Of a stretch of DNA of 64,000 nt, positions 1 through 9,995 are shown piece after piece; within the stretch, counting starts at the first letter, position 1, and every line of letters begins with the position of its first letter. The notes beneath the pieces are model-generated. The model worked only from the letters and a program-made list of their open reading frames with translations, was not told where the DNA came from and searched no databases. Location: contig CAVUVW010000027.1 in the NCBI GenBank assembly GCA_963745035.1, positions 160,001-224,000 of the forward strand, read 5' to 3'. A program made the translations under genes and the position numbers. The DNA is from an uncultured delta proteobacterium. Its GTDB lineage: Bacteria > Desulfobacterota > Binatia > UBA9968.

Positions 1-14
1 TGAAAAACGATAAC

Positions 15-704
15 TTGAAACGCTTGCAGGACGAGCTGGGATATCATTTCAAAGATCCCGCCCTGCTCGTGCGCAGCCTCACCCACGTTTCCTACGAACG
101 GCAAAAGAGCGACGGCCACAACGAAGTTCTCGAGTTTCTCGGCGACGCGGTGCTCTATCTCGTCGTCAGCGATCTTCTGATCCGCGGCAATCCGGACAAG
201 CCGGAAGGCGTTCTGTCGAAGATGCGGGCGGCGCTGGTCAATGCTGCCGTGCTGGCGGACAAAGCGGCGGGCCTCCAGCTCGGCGCGCTGCTGCGCATCG
301 GCAAGGGCGAAGAGCTGAGCGGCGGACGCGCCAAGGAGTCGATACTCGCCGGCGCGTTTGAAGCGCTGCTCGGCGGCGTTTATCGCGACGGCGGCTACGA
401 GGCTGCCCATCGAGTGGTCGAGCGCTATTTCGGCACGGACGTAACGGCCAAGAAACTGGGCCAGCACGATTACAAGACGCGCCTTCAGGAAATCAGTCAG
501 ATGCTTTTTCGCGCGCCGCCGGCCTATCGGGTGGTTGCGGAGAGCGGGCCGGATCACGATAAATTCTTCGTCAGCGAAATCTCCGTCGGCGGCAAAATTC
601 TGGGCAAGGGCGAAGGCCGAAGCAAGAAGCAAGCTGAGCAACAAGCGGCCAAAAAGGCGCTGAAAGAACTGCAGAAGAGCGGCGCGCAAGACGCGCGCGA
701 CTGA
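15..704 (+). CDS. rnc: Ribonuclease III
   Basis: RNase III signature NEVLEFLGDAVL, second acidic motif FEALLGG and C-terminal dsRBD (DYKTRLQE...GEGRSKKQAEQQAA). Confidence 0.97.
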   Translation: MKRLQDELGYHFKDPALLVRSLTHVSYERQKSDGHNEVLEFLGDAVLYLVVSDLLIRGNPDKPEGVLSKMRAALVNAAVLADKAAGLQLGALLRIGKGEELSGGRAKESILAGAFEALLGGVYRDGGYEAAHRVVERYFGTDVTAKKLGQHDYKTRLQEISQMLFRAPPAYRVVAESGPDHDKFFVSEISVGGKILGKGEGRSKKQAEQQAAKKALKELQKSGAQDARD

Positions 705-737
705 CTTCGATCGATCCTCCACGGGGTAAACTTCGAC

Positions 738-2468
738 ATGCCCCATCTCACCACAGACGTGCTTGTCATCGGCGCAGGCGGCGCCGGCATGTACGCGGCG
801 ATCGCGGCGGCGCAGAACGGCGCGTCCGTTCTCTTGCTCGACAAAGGCCAGGTGGGACGCGGCGGCGCGACCATCATGGCGCAGATGACCGTGGCCGTAG
901 CGTTAGGCGAGCAGGAGCCCGATTCCGTTGCACTTCATCTGGACGACACGCTGAAAGCCGGGCGCGGGCTGTGCAACGAAGAACTGTCGGCATTACTTTG
1001 TGAGGATGGCCCGAAGCGCATTCGGGAAATGGAAGAGTGGGGGACACGCTGGGCGCGGGAAGACGGCCACATCAAGCAGGAAATGGCGCCGGGCCACAGC
1101 GTCAAGCGTTGTTGTTACGTCGACTTTCTCAACACCGGCCCCGCCGTCGCCGCGACTTTGCGACGCAAAGTCGGCGAGATCCCGAAAAAATTCGCCGCAT
1201 CAGCAATCTCGCCGTGGTCGAAATTCTCGTCCGCGAACGGACGGGCGCTCGGCGCGATCGCACTCAATCTGATCGACGGCGACTTGATTACGATTCAAGC
1301 CAAGGCGGTGATTCTTGCCGCCGGTGGGCTGACGAAACTTTACGAACGCAACAGCGCATCGGCGAACATGGGCGGTGAAGCGTATGCGTTGGCGCTGTGG
1401 GCGGGCGCCGAGCTCGTCGATATGGAGTTCGTGCAGTTTTTTCCCATCGGCCATCTGGCGCCGCGTCTCGTCGGCATGGACCCGATCATGTGGGATCCGT
1501 TTCGCTACAAGCTCGGCGGCAAGCTGCTCAACGGGAAGTTCGAAGAATTCATCGACCGCTACGGCAGCACGGACTTCGGCAAGTACAACGCCACCCGCGA
1601 CGTCGCGGCCTACGCGATCCTCAAAGAAGTCGAAGCCGGTCGCGGCACGGCGCATGGCGGCGCTTATCTCGATTTCCGCCACATTGCGGAATCGGACCTT
1701 CGCGACGCTTTCGGCCCGGTGATCGATCGCCTGCTCGCTAACGGCATCGATCTCACGCGAACGCCGGTCGAAGTCGGGCCGATGGCGCACTACCACATGG
1801 GCGGGATTCGCGTCGATGTGAACATGCGGACGCGGGTCGAAGGGCTCTACGCTGCCGGCGAGGCCGTCGGCGGCGCCAACGGCGCCAATCGTCTTGTCCG
1901 GAAACGCGATCACCGAGGCATTCGTGTTTGGCGCGCGCGCCGGGTGAGACCGCAGCAGAACGAGGCAAAGCGGACGCGAGCTGAATGGGATGAGAGCCTC
2001 GCCGAGCGAGGCGCTGGAGCGGTTGAAAGCTTTTGCGCAGCAATCTCGCAAGTAGACGGTGTCCCGCCGATCGCGCTGCAAACCGAACTGCAAAAGCTCA
2101 TGTGGGAGCAAGCGGGGCCGTTTCGCACCGGCGAGAAGCTGGCGGCCGCGCTTGTCGCGCATCGAAGAGATGCAGCGGAAAGATTTGCCGCATGCTTCGA
2201 ATCGCGTTGGCGTGCGCGGCAGTTCAATCTCGATTTGCACGACGCATTCGAGCTGCGCGCGATGCTGCTGACTGCCGAGGCGGTCGTTCGTTCCGCGTTC
2301 GCGCGCCCCGAAAGCCGTGGCGCCCATCAGCGCGAAGATTTTCCGAATACCGATAACCGCTGTCTCAAAAATCAAGTGGTGGAGCTGCGAGAAGGCGAAT
2401 TACAAACTCGCTGGATTGCGCCGGTTCGGATCGATCGGAGCACAGATAGCTCATGGCTAACCAAATGA
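738..2468 (+). CDS. SdhA/FrdA/TfrA/NadB-family FAD-dependent oxidoreductase, flavoprotein subunit (internal compensating frameshifts)
   Basis: N-terminal DVLVIGAGGAG Rossmann motif, DMEFVQF, HYHMGG, GLYAAGE, GANRL(SGNAI in shifted frame near 1895) and C-terminal ESRGAHQREDFP. Confidence 0.88.
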   Translation: MPHLTTDVLVIGAGGAGMYAAIAAAQNGASVLLLDKGQVGRGGATIMAQMTVAVALGEQEPDSVALHLDDTLKAGRGLCNEELSALLCEDGPKRIREMEEWGTRWAREDGHIKQEMAPGHSVKRCCYVDFLNTGPAVAATLRRKVGEIPKKFAASAISPWSKFSSANGRALGAIALNLIDGDLITIQAKAVILAAGGLTKLYERNSASANMGGEAYALALWAGAELVDMEFVQFFPIGHLAPRLVGMDPIMWDPFRYKLGGKLLNGKFEEFIDRYGSTDFGKYNATRDVAAYAILKEVEAGRGTAHGGAYLDFRHIAESDLRDAFGPVIDRLLANGIDLTRTPVEVGPMAHYHMGGIRVDVNMRTRVEGLYAAGEAVGGANGANRLVRKRDHRGIRVWRARRVRPQQNEAKRTRAEWDESLAERGAGAVESFCAAISQVDGVPPIALQTELQKLMWEQAGPFRTGEKLAAALVAHRRDAAERFAACFESRWRARQFNLDLHDAFELRAMLLTAEAVVRSAFARPESRGAHQREDFPNTDNRCLKNQVVELREGELQTRWIAPVRIDRSTDSSWLTK

Positions 2469-2795
2469 ACAAGACAGCCCATCTTCGTGTCAGCCGCGGC
2501 GCGCCTGGCGAAGAAAGGCATTACGATCGAATTCGAGGTGCCGTACGAAGACGGCATGTCCGTGCTCGACGCGCTGCGCTGGATTCGCACTCATCGCGAT
2601 AGCAGCCTGGCGATTCGCTACAGCTGCATCAACGCCAACGCCTGCAAGACCTGCATGGCGCTGGTCAACGGCGAAGTCGAGTATACGTGCATCGCCAAGC
2701 TGGCGCCCGGCGTCGTCACGGTTGAGCCGTTACCGAAGCGGCCGCTGATTCGAGACCTGGTGACGGATGTGATTCCTGAGGATGAGAAGTTGTAA
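2453..2795 (+). CDS. Small 2Fe-2S protein resembling the N-terminal domain of SdhB/FrdB (frameshift near 2530)
   Basis: MANQMNKTAHLRVSRG... joins FEVPYEDGMSVLDAL...RYSCINANACKTC...YTC...VEPL...IRDLV; no C-terminal 4Fe-4S/3Fe-4S domain. Confidence 0.82.
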
Positions 2796-2862
2796 GCCGT
2801 TGCTCTTTCTTTCGAGTGCGTGAAACGCACTGCTCAAATCGATGTTTCTTTCCGGAACCCGC

Positions 2863-2892
2863 ATTCCAAGACTCCAGTACTCCACCACTCCA
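2863..2892. repeat. Short 8-bp-period tandem repeat (ACTCCA core x4) between convergent genes
   Basis: attccaag actccagt actccacc actcca read directly. Confidence 0.6.
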
Positions 2893-2903
2893 GCCGCTTG
2901 AAT

Positions 2904-3794
2904 TTATGCCAATCCCATTAGCCGCGCTGGATTGATTGCGGCGACTTGATTCACCTCGCCCTGGCTCAAGCCCCCCTCGTGCAGCATGCCGAGGTACATG
3001 CGGAAGAGTTCTGCTGGGTTTGGGCTGTACGGGCGAAAGTAGTCGGTGCTGGCGATGATTTGCCGCAGGCCGACTTCGCGGAATTGTTTGACGAGCTCCG
3101 GCGAGTCCATCCGGCCCGGGGCCAGAGCGTTCCAACAGGCTTCGAGGAATGCGCCCATCTCGGCGGCGCGCTTCATCGCGTCCACGGGCATCGCGATGAT
3201 GTGGCTCTGCACGTGATTGACGACGATCCGGTGGCTGTAGCCCATGTCGCGCGCGGCTTTGATGAATTCCAAAGATTCCTGCCACGACACGTGGCCCATG
3301 CCGAGAGTGATATCGTTCGCTTTGCAGGCTTCGATGATTTCGTAGCCGCGCGGGATGAGCTTTCCTTTGTCGTCGAGGAAATAGTAATTGGGATTCTCCA
3401 GTTTGGCGTGGCTTTTATAGTACGACTTGATGCGGGCGCTGAAGCCTTTGCGCTCGACGTCGTTGCGCGCGCTCCAAGTCGGCAAAAAAACCATTTTGCC
3501 GCCGAGTTCGGCACAGGCTTCGATGATGCAGGGATTCGGCCCGCCCGCAGTGCTGTTGAGCGCGACGCTCGACCATAGCGCGACTTTGGTTTCCACCGAT
3601 GAAAGAATGTACGGCACGACGTTGACCGTCGGCCACCAGTGCGATTTCAGCACGACGCCGCGCATGCCCATCGCCTCGGCTTTGGGCAGCCAGAGAAACT
3701 CCGGCTCACGCTTGCGCTCTTTGGCGGAAAATTCGAAGTCGATATGGCAGTGGACATCGATCGCGCCTTGCATCATGTCGTCGTAAAGAGTCAT
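2904..3794 (-). CDS. Metal-dependent amidohydrolase-fold protein (DUF6282-like)
   Basis: IDVHCH HxH, VLKSH, MGHVS, NHV, STD and INPARLMGL motifs; start taken at MTLYDD. Confidence 0.78.
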   Translation of the reverse strand: MTLYDDMMQGAIDVHCHIDFEFSAKERKREPEFLWLPKAEAMGMRGVVLKSHWWPTVNVVPYILSSVETKVALWSSVALNSTAGGPNPCIIEACAELGGKMVFLPTWSARNDVERKGFSARIKSYYKSHAKLENPNYYFLDDKGKLIPRGYEIIEACKANDITLGMGHVSWQESLEFIKAARDMGYSHRIVVNHVQSHIIAMPVDAMKRAAEMGAFLEACWNALAPGRMDSPELVKQFREVGLRQIIASTDYFRPYSPNPAELFRMYLGMLHEGGLSQGEVNQVAAINPARLMGLA

Positions 3795-3895
3795 GTTGCC
3801 GCTCAAAGCAGGTGAGAAGTGAGGAGTAGAAGTTAGGAGCAAAGAGCGTCGGAGAATCACCTTACTCCTGACTCTTGTTGTTACACGTGTACTCG

Positions 3896-5188
3896 TCACG
3901 ACACGATTGTCAGACGCTCGGAGCGGGCGCCGCCGCAGCAGCGTTTATACTTCTTGCCGCTGCCGCAAGGGCAGGGATCGTTTCGTCCGGCTTGGCGGAC
4001 GGAAGCTTTTGCGTCCGCGGCGCGAACGATCTCCATCAACTTTTCGATCGGCTCGCCGGCCTCGACCAGCTCGGCGAATTTTTGAAAATACGGCTTGCTG
4101 TGGCCGAAGAATGACTTGAGGCCGGCGCAAAGATAGTTGAGCCCGTCTTCGCCGGACGGCGTCTTGATGATCCGGTCCTTGGGGCAGCCGCCGTTGCACA
4201 TGCTCAACACTTCGCACTCGCGGCAATACTTCGGCAGGCTGGTCCACTTGGCCTGGCCGAACTCGCGCTGCTTCGGATCTTCGACCATGTCCGCGAGCGG
4301 GCGATCGTGGATGTTGCCGATTTTGTACTCGGGCGTCACGTAATGATCGCAGGAATAGAAGTCGCCGTTGTGCTCGACCACCGGCACGTCGCCGCAGGTT
4401 TCGCGGTAAATGCACAGCGCGTGCTCCATGCCGAGAAACGGCCGCACCGATTCGTCGAAGAGTTGGATGAAAATCTTGCCGATATCGTGGCGCACCCATT
4501 CGTCGAAAATCGTGTTCAGAAATTTTCCATAGGCCGCGGCCGGCACCGAGCGCTTGTGGACGGGATTGGCCGGGTCGCCGGTTTTTTCGACCAGCGGCAG
4601 GAATTGCAAATACTGCCCGCCGATCTCCTTCAAGTAGCGATAGACTTGGGTCGGATATTTGACGTTGACGTCGTGGACGACGGTAAGCAGATCGACGTGC
4701 ACCTTGGCGCGCCGGAGCATGTGAAAAGCCTGGACGACTTGCTTGTGGGTCGGCTTCTGCCCCTTGGTGACGCGGTAGTGGTCGTGCAGCTCGCGCGGTC
4801 CGTCGAGGCTGAGGCCGATATAAAAATTTTCCTTGGCGAGAAACTCGCACCATTCGTCGTCGATGGTTGTGCCGTTGGTCTGAATGCCGTTGATGATTTT
4901 TTTGTCCGGCGGCAGATGCTTTTTCTGCAGCGCGACCGCCTTGCGGAAAAAATCGACGCCGAGCAAGGTCGGCTCGCCGCCGTGCCAGGAAAAGCTGACG
5001 GTTTCTCCGGGCGTCGCCTGGATATGCTGGATGATGTAGCGCTCGAGGGTTTCATCGTCGAGGCGGAAGTTGGTGCCCTTGGGATAGAGATTCTCTTTGT
5101 CGAGATAATAGCAATAGTGGCAATCGAGGTTGCAAATCGCCCCGATCGTCTTGACCATGATCTGAAACTCACGCGCCGCGGTTTCCAT
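3896..5188 (-). CDS. Anaerobic sulfatase maturase-type radical SAM/SPASM protein with C-terminal SEC-C motif
   Basis: CNLDCHYC, WHGGEP, SPASM cysteines (YSCDH, CRECEVLSMCNGGCPK) and GRNDPCPCGSGKKYKRCC. Confidence 0.92.
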   Translation of the reverse strand: METAAREFQIMVKTIGAICNLDCHYCYYLDKENLYPKGTNFRLDDETLERYIIQHIQATPGETVSFSWHGGEPTLLGVDFFRKAVALQKKHLPPDKKIINGIQTNGTTIDDEWCEFLAKENFYIGLSLDGPRELHDHYRVTKGQKPTHKQVVQAFHMLRRAKVHVDLLTVVHDVNVKYPTQVYRYLKEIGGQYLQFLPLVEKTGDPANPVHKRSVPAAAYGKFLNTIFDEWVRHDIGKIFIQLFDESVRPFLGMEHALCIYRETCGDVPVVEHNGDFYSCDHYVTPEYKIGNIHDRPLADMVEDPKQREFGQAKWTSLPKYCRECEVLSMCNGGCPKDRIIKTPSGEDGLNYLCAGLKSFFGHSKPYFQKFAELVEAGEPIEKLMEIVRAADAKASVRQAGRNDPCPCGSGKKYKRCCGGARSERLTIVS

Positions 5189-5326
5189 GCTGAGGACTCT
5201 ACTCAAAAACGCCTGCGAAGTCACCACCCGCCGGGCCGTTTCGAACCCGAGGGTTCTCCCGGATAGTTGACAGATCGGCGGATTGCCATGAGAATTGCCA
5301 ATGGGCCACTCACACGACGTCAGTCC

Positions 5327-5764
5327 ATGAATTATCTCGCGGTTCTTCCAATCTTTGTGGCGTTTAGCATCTACGGCAGCGAGGCTCTTGCCTGCACCTG
5401 CCTTGCCCCTATAGGGCCGGCCGAGGGACTCAAGCGATCGACCGCGGTATTCACAGGAAGGGTGAGCACAATCAGCCGGCCGTTTCTGGACCGTGTCGGA
5501 CTAAAAAATAGCGGAGGGTACTGGGTTGGATTCGAAGTCGCCAAGCAATGGAAGGGCGCGGCGGCGAAAAGTGCAGAAGTTTTCACGCGCCTAACCGGCG
5601 AGGCTTGCGGGTTTCCCTTCGAGCTGAACAAAGAGTATCTCGTCTATGTGGTGACGGAACCCAGCGACCTCCAGACCGGTATTTGCACCGGAACCAAGAA
5701 CATCGCCGATGCGGAACAGGAGATGAAACAACTGGACGAGATGGTTGCCCGAGGCGTGAAATGA
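5327..5764 (+). CDS. Secreted TIMP/NTR-like (OB-fold) protein
   Basis: Signal peptide ending ALA followed by CTC, then AVFTGRV, ACGFPFELNKEYLVY and TGICTGT. Confidence 0.7.
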   Translation: MNYLAVLPIFVAFSIYGSEALACTCLAPIGPAEGLKRSTAVFTGRVSTISRPFLDRVGLKNSGGYWVGFEVAKQWKGAAAKSAEVFTRLTGEACGFPFELNKEYLVYVVTEPSDLQTGICTGTKNIADAEQEMKQLDEMVARGVK

Positions 5765-5765
5765 A

Positions 5766-6320
5766 GTGAATTTCACCGTTAAACAGAAGGGTGTGGTTCG
5801 TGGTGTCGTGCCGGCGGCGATCATCACACTGGCGGGGCTGTGCGGTGTCTCGCTTTTGATTCCGATGGACGTGCTGCCGGCGGACGAGGCAGGCGCGAGG
5901 CTTGCCTGGGCTTTGCGATGGTCTCTCATTCCGGTTCTCGCGCTGGTCATCGCCATAGCGCGGGTTGGAAATTTCCGCTTCTCTTCGCCTCAGGATATCG
6001 ATGGGAGCGGTCTGACGAACGCATCGCCGCAAATCCAGATTCTTCGGGCCGTGCTGCAAAATACACTGGAGCAAACAGTATTGGCGGTTGGGACCTATCT
6101 GATTTGGGCAGCGGCGATGCCGCACCGGTGGCTGAGAGTCATTCCGGTGGCGGCGATGCTCTTCATCGGCGGGCGTGTGCTCTTTGCCCGCGGATACAGC
6201 AAAGGCGCCGGCGGAAGAGCAATGGGATTCGGACTGACCATGTATGGAACGGCAGGGATGCTTGCCACGGTCACGCTTGTTCTGTCCTATCGCCTTTTGG
6301 CATGGGCCATTATGCAATAG
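5766..6320 (+). CDS. MAPEG-family membrane protein
   Basis: Four hydrophobic segments; QNTLEQ and GRVLFARGY motifs. Confidence 0.75.
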   Translation: MNFTVKQKGVVRGVVPAAIITLAGLCGVSLLIPMDVLPADEAGARLAWALRWSLIPVLALVIAIARVGNFRFSSPQDIDGSGLTNASPQIQILRAVLQNTLEQTVLAVGTYLIWAAAMPHRWLRVIPVAAMLFIGGRVLFARGYSKGAGGRAMGFGLTMYGTAGMLATVTLVLSYRLLAWAIMQ

Positions 6321-6334
6321 CAACGTATGTCGAC

Positions 6335-7096
6335 ATGACAACAATAGCCAGAACCAGTGCCGGCGACTTCTTCGACGAATGGTCGATTTACGACCAAATC
6401 CTGACCCATAACTACATGTACCACGATGATATCTTCGAGGACGTGAGGCAATTTCTCGCCGATCGTTATGCTGACGAGCGATTCAGTATCATAGATCTCG
6501 GCTGCGGCAGCGCACGTCACTTGGCGCGCGCTCTGGAAGGCCGCTCGGTCAGCGGTTATGCTGGGATACGATCTTTCGGACGAGGCGCTCCAGCACGCTC
6601 AAAAGAATCTCAGTTTTCTCGATTGCCCGGTCGATTTGCGGCACGGGGACTTGCTGGATGGGGTTAAGAATTCGGCGAGAGTTGGGATCTCGTCTTCAGC
6701 AGCTTCGCGCTGCACCACCTTTCCGCTGCGCAAAAAGCGGATTTTCTAGCTGCCTCTTATCGGCGGCTCAATCCCGATGGAATCTGTCTGGTGATCGACA
6801 CGATGCGCGATGACGGCGAGGACCGCGCGACTTACCTCGATCGATATTGCGCCTGGCTCGGCTCACGCTGCGAATCTCTGTCAGCGGACACATTAAAGCA
6901 TGTTTTCGCTCACATCCGGGCGAACGATTTTCCGGAAAGCCAAAAGGACTTTGAAGAGATGGCGGTCCGCGCGGGCTTCGCTCGCAAGACCGAGATCAGC
7001 TCGATATCGCTGGCATCACGGCTGGTGCTTGAGCAAAGGCGAAAGAGTAACGATCTGCCCTCGGCGCTGCGGCGCGCTTTGTCATTGCAATCGTAG
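6335..7096 (+). CDS. Class I SAM-dependent methyltransferase (split by 2-3 frameshifts; 3' end uncertain)
   Basis: IDLGCGSA motif I, GYDLS, DLVFSSFALHH (shifted frame), LNPDG and HIRANDFPES spread over three ORFs. Confidence 0.72.
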
Positions 7097-7167
7097 AGTT
7101 TACCAGGCTATTAAAACACATGACTCGCGAGTGTGCTTGTTGCCCTACCGCGGGCAGGAGGGAAGCG

Positions 7168-8509
7168 ATGATTCGGATCGTTCACATCGTCAACCAGTTT
7201 TTCGCCGGTATCGGTGGTGAAGACAAGGCCGGGGTAGGGGTTGGTGTGACCGCCGGGGCCGCAGGCGCAGCGCGCGGGCTCGAAGCGCAGCTTGGCGGCC
7301 GTGGCCAAGTCATCGCGACCATCCATTTCGGTGACAATTACTTTCACGAGCAAAAGCAAGAGGCGCTGGCGGCGATACTCGCCGAAGTGGAAAAGCAAAA
7401 AGCGGACGTGGTCGTTGTCGGTCCGGCCTTCAATGCCGGACGCTACGGGCTGGCTTGCGTGGAGATTTGCCAGGGTATCAGCGAACGCCTCGGCCTAGCA
7501 TGCGTGACGGGTATGGAGCCGGAGAATCCCGCCGTTAGTCTGTATCGAGATGCCCACAACGAGAAAGTGTTCCTGTTTCCAACCGCCGAGACGACGGCGG
7601 GAATGGCCAGTGCTTTGAAAGTTGTTACGCCGTTTGCCTGCCGTGTTGCCCTCGGTGAAAAGATCGGTACAGCGGACGCCGAAGGTTATGTAGCGCGCGG
7701 CATTCGCCGCCTGACCCAAGTGGATCGACCGGCGGTCGATCGCGCCATCGACATGCTGCTCGCCAAGGTTGCGGGCGAGCCGTTCCAAACTGAAGTGCCG
7801 ATGGAAGTCTGGGACAAGGTCGCGCCCGCTGCGCCGCTGCCCGATGCGGCTGCCGCCAATCTCGCAGTCATCTGCACAGGCGGCGTGGTGCCGTGGGGCA
7901 ATCCGGACGGGTTCAAAACCTACCGCAACACCTTCTGGCGCAAATACAATTTCGCCGAGCTGAAATCGCTCGACGTCGGGCAAGTGGGAAGCGGTGCACG
8001 GCGGCTACAACGTCGCCTTCATGAATCAGAATCCGCATTACGGCATGCCGCTCGACGCGCTGCGTTCGCTGGAAAGCGAAGGCAAGATCGGCGCCGGCAA
8101 ATTGTATCCCGCCTACTACGTCATCCCGGGCAATCAAGGCTCACCCGCAGTCATGCGCCGCGTCGGCCAGGAGATCGGCGCCGACTTGAAGAAAGAGGGG
8201 ATCGACGGCGTACTGCTCGTCGCCACGTGAGGAACCTGCAGTCGCAGCGGCGCTGTGATTAGCAAGGAACTCGATCGAGCAGGACTTCCAGTAGCGATGA
8301 TCAGCGCCATGTATCCGGTGGCGGAGCAGGTCGGCGCGAGCCGCATCGTCAAAGCAGTTGCCATTCCTCATCCGTGCGGTGATCCGAGTCTACCCGCGGA
8401 CCTCGACGGCCAATTACGCCGCGAAATCGTCGCGACGGCTCTCAAAGCTCTCGAACAAAAGGTGGATACGTCCACCGTCTTCGCGCCGAAGATCGCCGCG
8501 AGCGCATAG
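7168..8509 (+). CDS. Glycine/betaine/sarcosine/D-proline reductase family selenoprotein B (GrdB-like); Sec at TGA 8228-8230; frameshift near 7977
   Basis: RIVHIVNQFFAGIGGED, GPAFNAGRYG, HGGY, DGVLLVAT-U-GTCSRSG and AIPHPCGDP; the frame continues through the TGA into ORF 8255..8509. Confidence 0.9.
8235..8267 (+). promoter_or_regulatory. Bacterial SECIS-like hairpin downstream of the GrdB Sec codon
   Basis: Stem agtcgcagc (8240-8248) / gctgtgatt (8252-8260) with ggc loop, extended by tgc/gca and cc/gg; loop about 19 nt after the UGA. Confidence 0.72.
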
Positions 8510-8595
8510 GTGCTGAACGCGATCGTAGGCGTGATTCGTGTTCCGAAACAAACGGCAAGGCTCCGCGCGCTTAAATTTTACCGCTAGGAAATACC

Positions 8596-9900
8596 ATGCG
8601 CCTTGAGTTAGCGGAGTTTCCCGTTACGAGCATCTCGATCGGCGAGCGGTTTCATTATGATTCCGCTGAGCTGACGGTGGACCGCGCCGCCATCGAGCAG
8701 GCAGTCTTGGCAGAAAAGCGCATCGAAGCGGCGTGGCTCGAAGTGGTCGCGCCCGGCGATCGAGTCAGGATCACCGGCATTCGCGACGTCGTCGAGCCGC
8801 GCGTGAAAGTGCGCGGCGGCGGACAAGTATTCCCCGGCGTGCTCGGACCAGTCGAGGCGGTTGGCGAAGGCTGCACGCACCGGCTCTCCGGCATGGCGGT
8901 GTTCGTCACGGCGGAATACGAGGGCACGGTACGCGCCGGTCTCGGCGTGCAGCGGAGCGCTATCCTCGACATGTGGGGCGAGGGCGCGGCTGCTTCACCG
9001 TTCAGCGCCTTGCGCGGCGTGGTGCTCAACTTACGATTGGCGCCGGGCCTTTCCGAATTGACCGCCCACGCGATCATCCAGCGCGCCGCTTTCGAGACGG
9101 CAAAAAAATTGGCGGAAACGACTGTCGGCCTGACTCCCGCGAAGACGGAGGTCTTCGAACTCGGCGGCGCAGCGCCGGAACTGCCCAAGGTGCTGCTGAT
9201 TCAGGGTTGCCTCACCGACAGCCCTAATCCGCACTCCGGCGTGAGCTACTTCGGCTTGCCGATCCGCGATTCACTGGCGACGGTGATTCATCCCAACGAA
9301 TTTCTCGACGGCGCTTTTGCGATGTACGCCACCCGGTGCATCGCGTATTTTCCGGTCACTTGGGATTGGCAGAATCATCCGCTTCTGCTCGGCCTGTACC
9401 GCGCCCATCGGCGCCAGGTGAATTTCCTCGGAGTCATTCTGGAGCGGATTCGCTACGACACGTTTCACGGCAAGGAAGTCATCGCGCACAACACCGCGCA
9501 GCTTGCCACGCAGCTCGGCGCGGAGGCGGCGCTGATTTCGTGGCTCGGTTCCGGAAACGCTTTCGTCGACGTGATGCTGACATTGCGCGCCTGTGAGCAG
9601 CGCGGCATCAAGACCAACTTGGTCACTTACGAGTACGGCGGCAAAGATGGAGTGGACTCGCCGCTGCTGTTTTATACCGGGGAAGCGGACGCGATCACCA
9701 GCACCGGCAGCCGCGATCGCTGGATCGACCTGCCGGAGGCCGAGAGAATCGTCGGCCCCTACGAAGAGATCAAAGTGCTCAGCTATCCCGGTGCGCCGCT
9801 GACGCCGGCGCGCGGGCGTTTTACTCTCGATGCGCGCGACATGATTCTCGGCGGGGTGGATTATTGGGGCAGAGGCAATTGGACGTGCGCCGCCTATTAA
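8596..9900 (+). CDS. Glycine/sarcosine/betaine reductase component B proprotein (GrdE/PrdA-like), copy 1
   Basis: MRLEL start, RITGIRDVVEPRVK, THRLSG, IHPNEFLDGA, QNHP, GNAFVD, CEQRGIKT and DAITSTG. Confidence 0.88.
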   Translation: MRLELAEFPVTSISIGERFHYDSAELTVDRAAIEQAVLAEKRIEAAWLEVVAPGDRVRITGIRDVVEPRVKVRGGGQVFPGVLGPVEAVGEGCTHRLSGMAVFVTAEYEGTVRAGLGVQRSAILDMWGEGAAASPFSALRGVVLNLRLAPGLSELTAHAIIQRAAFETAKKLAETTVGLTPAKTEVFELGGAAPELPKVLLIQGCLTDSPNPHSGVSYFGLPIRDSLATVIHPNEFLDGAFAMYATRCIAYFPVTWDWQNHPLLLGLYRAHRRQVNFLGVILERIRYDTFHGKEVIAHNTAQLATQLGAEAALISWLGSGNAFVDVMLTLRACEQRGIKTNLVTYEYGGKDGVDSPLLFYTGEADAITSTGSRDRWIDLPEAERIVGPYEEIKVLSYPGAPLTPARGRFTLDARDMILGGVDYWGRGNWTCAAY

Positions 9901-9995
9901 GAAGATTAGTTCAGAGCTCATTCAGGCCGCTCAAGGTGTTTCCGATTCCAGCTAGCGTAGGCGGGTAAAAATATTTGATGGAGGATTGTCATTAG

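Noticed and set aside
7960-8000. Programmed frameshift in grdB or other split genes
   Set aside because: No slippery heptamer is evident, and similar indels are scattered across unrelated genes, which favours sequencing error.
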